Source: Octopus vulgaris
Taxonomy: Eukaryota
Direction: 5' to 3'
Assembly (NCBI GenBank): GCA_951406725.2
Contig: OX597840.1
Span: 22,940,001-23,004,000 of the forward strand
DNA: 64,000 nucleotides
The position numbers were made by a program, and so were the translations under genes. The notes under the pieces were generated by a model. The model had not been told where the DNA came from. It did not search any database and saw only the letters and a program-made list of their open reading frames with translations. The first letter of the stretch is position 1; every line of letters begins with the position of its first letter. This document shows positions 54,889 through 64,000 of this stretch, one piece after another.

Positions 54889-56169
54889 ATGTCGGAAGAA
54901 TTAGGAAAATCATCATATGACTGTGACATCTGCAAAGAGTCATTCTTAGAAGAAAGTAAATTCAATCAACACAAACAAATTCATGCAAGGAAAAAACCAT
55001 ATCACTGTGATATCTGTGGTAAATCATTCTCTGGAAATAGCGACCTAACCACTCACAAACGTATTCATACAGGGGAGGAACCATATTCCTGTGATATCTG
55101 TAGTAAATCTTTCTCTCAAAGCAGCAGCTTAACTAAGCACAAGCGTGTTCATACAGGCGAGAAACCATATCAATGTGATATCTGTGGTATATCATTCTCT
55201 CAAAACACTACCCTAACTACGCATAAATGTATTCATTCTGGGGAGAAACCATATCACTGTGATATCTGTGGTAAATCATTCTCTGCTGGCAGTCACTTAA
55301 CTAAACACACAGGTATCCATGCAGGAGAGAAACCATATCACTGTGATATCTGTGGTAAATCATTCTCTCAGAACAGTATCTTAACTAAACACAAACGTAT
55401 TCATACAGGGGAGAAACCATATCACTGTGATATCTGTGGTAAATCATTCTCTGAAAGCAGCAGCTTAACTAGACACAGGCGTGTTCATACAGGAGAGAAA
55501 CCATATCACTGTGATATCTGTGGTAAATCATTCTCTCAGAACAGTGGCTTAACTACTCACAAATGGGTTCATACAGAGGAGAAACCATATTCCTGTGATA
55601 TCTGTGGAAAATCATTCTCTGATCACAGTCATTTAACTCAACACACACGTATCCATACAGGGGAGAAACCATATCACTGTGATATCTGTGGTAAATCATT
55701 CTCTGGAAATAGCGACCTAACCACACACAAACGTATTCATACAGGGGAGGAACCATATTCCTGTGATATCTGTGGAAGATCATTCTCTGTAAGCAGTAGC
55801 TTAACTAAACACAAGCGTATTCATACCGGGGAGAAACCATATACCTGTGATATCTGTGGTAAATCATTCTCTCGAAGTGATCACTTAGCTAAACACACAC
55901 GTATCCATACGGGAGAGAAACCGTATTCCTGTGATATCTGTGGTAAATCATTCTCTCAGAACAGTGTCTTAACTATACACAAACGTATTCATACAGGGGA
56001 GAAACCATATTCCTGTGATATCTGTGGAAGATCATTCTCTGTAAGCAGTAGCTTAACTATACACAAACGTATTCATACAGGGGAGAAACCATATACCTGT
56101 GATATCTGTGGTAAATCATTCTCTCAGAACAGTGTCTTAAATCAACACAGACGTATTCATACAGAGTAG
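54889..56169 (+). CDS. Poly-C2H2 zinc-finger protein, 426 aa, 15 fingers; intact 16th finger after the TAG
   Basis: C2H2 repeats with TGEKPY linkers. Confidence 0.92.
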   Translation: MSEELGKSSYDCDICKESFLEESKFNQHKQIHARKKPYHCDICGKSFSGNSDLTTHKRIHTGEEPYSCDICSKSFSQSSSLTKHKRVHTGEKPYQCDICGISFSQNTTLTTHKCIHSGEKPYHCDICGKSFSAGSHLTKHTGIHAGEKPYHCDICGKSFSQNSILTKHKRIHTGEKPYHCDICGKSFSESSSLTRHRRVHTGEKPYHCDICGKSFSQNSGLTTHKWVHTEEKPYSCDICGKSFSDHSHLTQHTRIHTGEKPYHCDICGKSFSGNSDLTTHKRIHTGEEPYSCDICGRSFSVSSSLTKHKRIHTGEKPYTCDICGKSFSRSDHLAKHTRIHTGEKPYSCDICGKSFSQNSVLTIHKRIHTGEKPYSCDICGRSFSVSSSLTIHKRIHTGEKPYTCDICGKSFSQNSVLNQHRRIHTE

Positions 56170-58204
56170 AAACCATATACCTGTAGTATCTGTGGTAAGA
56201 CATTCTCTGGAAACAGTCACTTAACTATCCACAAATGCATTCACTCAAGAAAAATCAATTCACAGTGATATCTGTGGCAAATCATTTACAGAAAATCATT
56301 TCTGATTTAAACAGAAGTCTTTCCTTATGAAGTGGGTCCATAACACAGTGATATATGTTGTATAACATTTCCTCAGAAGACATCCACAGAATATAGAAAC
56401 TATATGAATATGACATCCATAGTAAATTTTTGACATGAAGTCACCCATTATTGAATCAAAAGAGCATTGAAAGAGGAAGGAAAACATATCACTGTGATGT
56501 TAAACCTGAATCATTCTTTCAAAATGGTGAATTGTTTGTACACAGTCCTATTAATATGAAAGATATAACTGTAACCTAAGCTATTCGTGCTAAATCAATC
56601 TATGAAAGTGATCAATTATTGAAATGTAAATGCATTGATACAGAAGAGGAACCACGATGATGATGATGATCCTCATCATTTAACATTCTCCTATTCATGC
56701 TTCTGTGGATCAGATGGAATTCATTGATGCAGATTTTCTACATCTGGGTCCCTTTCTTGTGACCAATCCTCACCTGTATCCAAGCAAGACAATATTTTCC
56801 CTGGTGAGACATATTTTACACAGAGGACTGGAAGTGAACAACTGCACAAGTATGACGGTCATGATGGCCTTTTACGAACATCACATAATATCTGGACAAG
56901 GGTACATACACACTACACTCACATAAACTATTGTATGTCTGAAGAATTTTTCATGGGAAATATATGTTACATGTTTTCTACACATCGAAAAGTTTTTGAT
57001 TCCTATTAGGAAATGAAACACATGTAATGCTGAATAAATAATATCAAACTTTTCTCCAGTCTCCTTATGTGATTTTCTAATTACCTTGCAAAAAATATTA
57101 TCCAAACCTCCCACAAAAATAATGTACGTGTGTATATGTAATCACAAGCTTGTTTGTTCAACTGGTGTAGTTAGAGTAGTGGGGTGAGAGGGAGGGAAAA
57201 GTAAAGGAAGTTGATCTTATAATAATTCTGCTTGTCATTCCGATACTTAGGTCGTCGGTAACACTTTCATCTGATTGGAGAGAAGGTGGGAGAGAGAAAG
57301 GATAAGGCCATGAGTGGGACGGGAAGAGAGATAAGCGTGCATGACATGATAGGGGGACATATTTAGTTGAAGGTTGAGATATAGAAGAGAGTTAGGAATA
57401 TAACTTTAGAAGGTGGGTGGTGTCCTGATGGAGAGGTTAAAGAAAGGTAGAGAGAGACAGATGATGGTGGTGGTTGTGTTGGTGAATACAGAGTGAAAAG
57501 TAATATTATTTTTTTACTTGAACTAAGTTTTTTTATAACACCTACAAATTGAAATGTGTATTGGCTCTCTGACCCATCACCTTGGCTTACAAGTTACCAC
57601 TGATGTGGTTTTCAAATAAGCCATGTTACATTAAATTGTGACCCCTATATTTTACATATAAGGTAATTTTTTTAGTATACACTTCTCTTGTTTTGGATAA
57701 GAAATTGTGCCCATGTAAATTTTAAAATGTAATTTTTTTCTGTTTATGAGAAAACTGGGAAAATATGAGCGAATATTTATTTTATGAGTGCTGTGTCTAT
57801 AAACTTGTGCCTAAAGTGTATAAAGTAATTACCGTATTCCAATTTCCTTCAGTTTTCAGTGAATAGCAGATGAGCGACTATCTTTTGATGCAGACACAAT
57901 ACAGGCTACACTTTAGAGTGTTTTGGTTTCAGGAATAACCCAATCCATTGCCTCTCAAGACACCGAGGCCATGACTAGTGACCGGGACCTTTTGTTTTTG
58001 GATAATGGATAAACAGCTAAAAGATTATATAAATATATATTTATAAAATTAAAGACTTAAATCTGTACAAGATGCAAAGCAAAAAGAAAAGAATTCAATT
58101 AAGAATGCATCTGGTGAAAGAATATTGGTTTAAAAAACATACGACATAAAAATGATAACAATGAAGACTATAAGGAATATGAGGGAGATAGGGTGAATCC
58201 TTTC

Positions 58205-58600
58205 TTTTTGACAATGGCTGGGCATTGTCTTGTTGGAAGACTAATGCTTTTCTGTTGGTAATCTCCAGCCGCAGTTCTTTGATATATTTTGGTTCAAATT
58301 AGCCAGTTGATGACAGAACACATCAGAATTAATGGTCTGGTTTTATGGGAGAAGGTCATAATAAACAAAGCCTTTATGATCCCACCAAACACAAAGCATA
58401 GGTGTGTTGCCATGGATATTCATCTTTGGTTGCTTGGGGGATATTTCTTCAAACTCCAGGATCAGTTTTGCACAACATTAAGCATGCAATCCAATTTTCA
58501 TCTCCAGTCACAAGTCGTTTCCAAAAGAGGGCATGCTTTCTTTCCATTTCAAAAGCATATCCCAAACGGTATACTGGTCCCAGCAATTCTTATCTGAGAG
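58205..58600 (-). mobile_element. Mariner transposase relic (catalytic region)
   Basis: Minus strand reads KRLVTGDEN...WWDHKGFVYYDLLP..NQTINSD...QQDNAQP across broken frames. Confidence 0.7.
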
Positions 58601-59373
58601 TTTCAAGCACCCATATATTAAAGCAAAGAGTAAGATAGAAAGAGGGACAGAGAGAAGCGTACATGATATGTGATAGGGGGAACATAATATTTATTACATG
58701 GTTAAAAAAGTTAGTTGAAGTTGATGATATAGAGAAGTTAGCAATATAATTTTAGCAGAGTGGTGATGTTCTGATGGTGAGATTTGAGGCACAAAGAGAC
58801 AGAGAGATGATGGTTGTGGTGGAGGAAATGTTGATGGACAGTGCATAGTTAAAAGTAATTTGTTTTTAATTGAAAAAAACTTTTTTATATCACGTATTTG
58901 CAGAATCGTATGAATTTCCGTGTAAAAAGTACAAAATCACAATAATTTGATATTTCACACCCCTCTTTTACATGAACAAAATGACAGCTTCCAAATATTG
59001 TTTTCTAAATGGGTAAGAATGATGAAACTTTAAACCAGTGTTACACATTCATATCTATGTGTATACGCAGGTATACGTATGTAGAATACATCCCCACTTT
59101 TGGCACTATTTTGTAAGTAACAGTACGAACTATGTCTAAAGTATATATGTATCACTACGCTGAATGTAGTCCAGTTCGTGTAACATGAAAAGTAAATAAA
59201 CACGTAAAACAATAACAATGGCTTCGTATTGAGTTGTCTTTCCCATTAGAACCCAAAACTACACATAACATGGTGGCAGCGGTAAATAATTAATCAGAAA
59301 ATTCTTTGGGGGCAAGTGTGCGATAAAAACAAAGGAGTGCAAATTCTTTGGAATTATATACTCTGCAGAGGGA

Positions 59374-60240
59374 GTGAAACCAGACCCCGCTAAAGTGGAA
59401 GCCATCAGAGACATTAAAGAACCTAAAGACGAGGTGGAACTCAGGAGCTTCCTGGGACTCATTCACTACATGGGAGCCTTCATACCCAAGCTGGCCGATC
59501 ACACTGCAAATCTCCGAGAACTAAACAAAGATGACGTAGAGTTTGATTGGTGTGCTTCACACACACAGGATTTCGAAGCAATCAAAAAGCTCATCAGTAA
59601 GGAGACAACTCTGCAATACTATGACAGACGCAAACCAGTAACACTCCAAGTCGATGCTTCTATGAGAGGATTTGGTGCAGCACTGATACAGGAAGGTAAA
59701 CCCATTGCATATGTCTCTAAAGCTCTCTCACCCACAGAGACAAGGTACTCAAATATTGAAAGGGAACTCCTGGCAGTAGTATATGGATGTGAAAAGTTCC
59801 ATACATACCTGTATGGCAGACATTTCAATAGTGAAACAGACCATCGCCCGCTAGAACAAATACATAGAAAAAACCTGACGAAAGCACCAGCCAGACTGCA
59901 AAGATCACTGTTAAGGCTTCAAACATACAACTATGATATCAGGTACAAGCCAGGAAAAGACCTGATATTGGCGGATGTTCTTTCCAGACTATCCTCACAT
60001 GATAAACAGGAGATGGAAGGACAAAGCATAAAGGTCCACCACATTATAAATGTAACAACCACCCATCAGCAGACAACGTGTACAACACCTACTGCATCAG
60101 TGACAACACCCACAGAATCATCATCCCATTGGGCACCAACCACCCATCAGCAGCCCAACAACACACCTCAGACACCGGTGCGAAGCACAAGATCCACCAG
60201 ATGGAGAAAGAACATCCTGCCACCGGTTCGATACCGTTAA
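59374..60240 (+). pseudogene. Gypsy pol fragment (RT thumb/RNase H) fused to C-terminal tail
   Basis: LRSFLGLIHY, LQVDAS..GFGAALIQ, YSNIERELLAVVYGCEKFHTYLYG, TDHRPL, YKPGKDLILADVLSR. Confidence 0.85.
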
Positions 60241-60245
60241 AGAAA

Positions 60246-60567
60246 AAATATTTTCTCTTTTTATTCATGATAAAGTTTTTTTTTGAAAAAACTTTATCAT
60301 GAATAAAAAGAGAAAATATTTACATTTTTTTATCAAAATATACCATTAGTTTCAATTGCCTAAAAAAAAATTTAAGAAGTAAATGAAAACCAAAAACAAA
60401 AATATATATACATGAACTTTCAAAAACTGCTATGATTAATTTAATTTTAATCAATTTGGTTTTCATTTTCTTATTAAATTTCTTTTAGGCAATTGAAACT
60501 AATGGTATATTTTGATAAAAAAAATGTAAATATTTTCTCTTTTTATTCACGATAAAGTTTTTTCAAA
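60246..60567. repeat. Nested AT-rich inverted repeats
   Basis: Hairpin 60246-60321; ~110-bp arms 60281-60392 / 60457-60567. Confidence 0.8.
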
Positions 60568-61107
60568 AGAAAAGAAGAAAAAAAATGAAAAGATAAGTAA
60601 CTAATTCTGCTCGATTACAAAGCAGAGGCAGAATAATCTCAAGGTTTCTGCTGCAGGATGGCCACGTCGCGTTGACAATCCATTGGAATAAGGGAGACTA
60701 CTATATTTGTCTTCACTGCCAAAAGACCCCTTTTTTTTTTTTTCAAGAAGAAGGGATGTTACACATTCATATCTATGTGTGGGCGTGCGTGTGTGGAATG
60801 CGTCCCCGCTTTTGGCACTATTTTATAAGTATTACTACGCTGAGTCTAAAGTCATATCGGTGTCGCTGCGCTGAATGTAGTCCAGTTCGTGTAACATGAA
60901 AAAGTAAATAAACACGTAAAAGAATAACTATGCTTCGTATTGAGTTGTCTATCCCATTAGAACGAAACTACACATAACAGTGATGAAGCCAAATATTGAA
61001 GAAATCTCTTTCACAAAATCCCAAATCTATAAAGTAGAGCCGCAATTCTTTAAAGACTGGAGATGTTTCGCATGTCGTAGCACAAGTTTCCGTCGATTTC
61101 CGTAAAA

Positions 61108-61635
61108 AACTTTTATTTTTTTACATAAGTAATGAGAGCGAAAGAGACTAAGAGGAAGCGATTTTATGACGAGGAAGTTTCTCTTTGAAGTGCGCGTGTG
61201 TGTGTTTGATGGGGTGTGGGAGACAGACAGTATGTTGTGTAAGTGAAGTGCTTCTGTTAGTGTGTGTGAAGAGACAGAGAGAGTAATGTGTGAAAGAGAG
61301 AGATAACTGATTTTTTACTCGGTGTATGTGTATATGTATGTATGCATGTATGTGTGTGTGTGTGTGTATGTATCTATGTATGTGTGTGTGTATGTATGTA
61401 TGTATGTATGGCCGATTCATTGTAATTACGTTATCGTTATCTCTCTCTTTCACACATTACTCTCTCTGTCTCTTCACACACACTAACAGAAGCACTTCAC
61501 TTACACAACATACTGTCTGTCTCCCACACCCCATCAAACACACACACGCGCACTTCAAAGAGAAACTTCCTCGTCATAAAATCGCTTCCTCTTAGTCTCT
61601 TTCGCTCTCATTACTTACGTAAAAAAATAAAAGTT
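61108..61635. repeat. Near-perfect inverted repeat, 200-bp arms, 128-bp spacer, in ZNF intron
   Basis: Arms 61108-61307 and 61436-61635; mirror ORFs 61148-61453 (-) and 61326-61595 (+). Confidence 0.92.
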
Positions 61636-62919
61636 ATGAATTGCACTTTGTGTTTTTATGCTATTTTCAATTAATTACCTAAGTTATCCATTTCTCTCTT
61701 CGTAATACATATATATTTAAATTCAAATTACGATGAACGTAAACAAACAAACGAAGTTTGCTTTAGAAGCTTTTGAGATGTCTTAGGAAGTTTAAGAAAT
61801 GATTTTAAATTCTCAAAGGCAGGATATTGCTAATAATATAGCCTGAACAGGATAAGCTACCCCTATTTTGCAGAAAAGTGTTGGCGGCCGGCTATGAGAC
61901 TCGAACTCACACCTCCGTGATTACGCATCATTTGCCCCCATTGAGAAGGATTGTCACCAATTTCCTTCTCCACCTCAACCAATAATTTTTCCTACATGAA
62001 AAATTCCCCACAAAAGATTTTGATGCTGTTAGTCATCCATACTGATTATTTCCTGACTTTTATTCATGTTTCATGTAACACAGAATATTGATATTAAGCT
62101 GCCTGTATGTGTGTATTTATATATTTTTAAATGTACGGAAAGAGGCAGAGGAGGTGTGATATCTCTTTTACAACACATGATTGAGATTAAAACATCAGAT
62201 ATCTAGTGTTATTGACATATATATTGGTATGTGTCTATGACAGACTTAATGTCCAATAGATGTTATTATACTACATGTGTCTACTCCCTGATATAAACTT
62301 CTTGAAAACAGAGAGATGGGATAAATTTAATAGTTCAGATAAAGAATTACTTCTACAATTTATGAAAACAGAAATGTCGTAAATTTGCACTTTTGAATAT
62401 CTGCCTTTTAAACATATTTGATGTCTTATATTATTTTTACTATTCTTTCAGGAAATCACACGAAATTGGCTAAAAAGTATTTTTTGCTTTTAAAGAATCA
62501 TCAATATGTATCATGTTTGAAAGACTCTGCAAAGATATTCTACAAACGTATAATCCTGCTTCTATAAAACATTGCTGAATTACAGTAAAATATTTCCTCT
62601 GAGAGAGAAAGCATTTCTTTACTTCTGTGTCTGAAATGTGCAAGAGATAATATTCTCTTTTAAATATACTTTGATGGATTTCCAAACAGTATTTGCAACA
62701 TTTTTAAATATTGGCAATGATCACGTTCAGAAGAAATATAAGAGAAGTGATATTTGTTTGGAATAAACTATTAAAGCAAAAAGAAGCAAAATATCCATAT
62801 ATTTTGGTGAGAGGAGAAATATTATTAAAAAGTTGTTGATCTGTACAACTTGAAGGTTCGATTTTATTTTTCTTGAAGAAATATCGGAGGAATACGGAAC
62901 ATCATCATATGACTGTGGC

Positions 62920-64000
62920 ATGTACAAAATGTCATTTTTAGAAAAACGTAAATCCAGTAAACACCAAGAAATTCATACAAGTCAAGACCCATATCGCTGT
63001 GATATCTGTGGTAAATCATTCTCTGTTAGCGGTAGCTTAACGAAACACAAACGTATTCATACTGGAGAGAAACCATATCACTGTGATATCTGTGGTAAAT
63101 CATTGTCTGACAGGAGTGGCTTAATTCAACACAAACGTACTCATACAGGTGAGAAACCATACCACTGTGATATCTGTGGTAAATCATTCTCTTTTGGCAG
63201 TAGCTTAACGAAACACAAACGTATTCATACTGGAGAGAAACCATATCACTGTAATATCTGTGGTAAATCATTCTCTGATGGCACTAACTTAACCCAACAC
63301 AAACGGTTTCATACAGGGAAGAAACCATATCACTGTAATATCTGTGGTAAATCATTCTATCAAGAATTTAACTTAACTACTCACAGACGGGTTCATGGAG
63401 GGGAGAAACCATATCCCTGTGATATCTGTGGTAAATCATTCTCTGTTGGCGGTAGCTTAACGAAACACAAACATATTCATACTGGAGAGAAACCATATCG
63501 CTGTGATATCTGTGGTAAATCTTTCTCTGATGGAAGTAGCTTAACGAAGCACATATGTATTCATACAGGGGACAAACCATATCACTGTGATATCTGTGGT
63601 AAATCATTCTCTCGAAATAGTCACTTAACAAACCACAAACATATTCATACTGGAGAGAAAACATATCGCTGTGATATCTGTGGTAAATCTTTCTCTGGTG
63701 GAAGTAGCTTAACGAAGCACATACGTATTCATACAGGCGGGAAACCATATCACTGTTATATCTGTGGAAGATCATTCTCTGTTGGCAGTAACTTAACTAG
63801 ACACAAACTCATTCATACAGGGGAGAAACCATATCACTACGATATTTGTGGTAAATCATTCTCACATACTCATAGCTTAGATATTCACAAGCATATCCAT
63901 ACAGGAGATAAAAACTACCACTGTGATATCTGTGGTAATTCATTCTATGAGGGCAGCAGCTTCACTACACACAAACTAATTCATACAGGGGAGAAACCGT
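62920..64000 (+). CDS. Poly-C2H2 zinc-finger protein, partial (12 fingers seen, one with C>Y); ancestral start is ATA at 62881
   Basis: Open to the window end; acceptor AG 62450-62451; 5' part nearly identical to the 40.8k gene. Confidence 0.88.
   Translation, partial: MYKMSFLEKRKSSKHQEIHTSQDPYRCDICGKSFSVSGSLTKHKRIHTGEKPYHCDICGKSLSDRSGLIQHKRTHTGEKPYHCDICGKSFSFGSSLTKHKRIHTGEKPYHCNICGKSFSDGTNLTQHKRFHTGKKPYHCNICGKSFYQEFNLTTHRRVHGGEKPYPCDICGKSFSVGGSLTKHKHIHTGEKPYRCDICGKSFSDGSSLTKHICIHTGDKPYHCDICGKSFSRNSHLTNHKHIHTGEKTYRCDICGKSFSGGSSLTKHIRIHTGGKPYHCYICGRSFSVGSNLTRHKLIHTGEKPYHYDICGKSFSHTHSLDIHKHIHTGDKNYHCDICGNSFYEGSSFTTHKLIHTGEKP

Larger units (their letters stand above)
59039..60979 (+). mobile_element. 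Internally deleted Ty3/Gypsy LTR retrotransposon
   Basis: LTRs TGTTA...TAACA at 59039-59270 and 60757-60979; PBS TGGTGGCAGCGGT (complement of the tRNA-Leu AAG/TAG 3' end); PPT AAGAAGAAGGGA; no TSD seen. Confidence 0.88.

Noticed and set aside
54889-56169. Regular 84-bp repeats with variable interiors resembling a CRISPR array
   Set aside because: They are in-frame C2H2 finger codons in a eukaryotic context; no cas genes
61882-61930. tRNA-like 3' half on the minus strand (GTGAGTTCGAGTCTCA...GCCA; also near 39587)
   Set aside because: 5' half missing; at most a tRNA/SINE relic inside the duplicated intron

Overview
AT-rich, microsatellite-laden animal genomic DNA, most likely a coleoid cephalopod (Octopus-like; inferred from the CDICGKSFS-type C2H2 arrays and the repeat landscape). 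The window is a tandem/inverted cluster of a repeated zinc-finger gene unit: an AGAGTTAGTTCCCCTTG-like motif, a ~300-nt non-coding exon 1, an intron, then one long exon 2 with a ~430-nt 5'UTR and an effector-less poly-C2H2 ORF. There are six ZNF ORFs (17.2k+, 36.4k-, 40.8k+, 50.1k-, 54.9k+, 62.9k+ running off the end), three ZNF relics, and two ZNF-type promoter/exon-1 modules that lead into Helitron helicase fragments instead of fingers. Transposons are dense: two tandem Tx1/L1-clade LINEs plus a third 3' remnant, all at the same unit-head motif; Penelope elements with minimal hammerhead ribozymes; RTE LINEs; a deleted Gypsy LTR element; piggyBac, mariner, MULE-type and pogo-type elements; and SINEs. 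Most notable are (i) an apparently sequence-specific Tx1 retrotransposon targeting the ZNF-unit head motif, (ii) promoter-less but intact ZNF exons on both strands, and mosaic ZNF genes, (iii) a 518-bp palindrome carrying a hammerhead ribozyme on each strand, and (iv) ATA-start and TAG-stop lesions that A-to-I editing could repair. Exon boundaries, identities and family assignments were read by eye, not computed.
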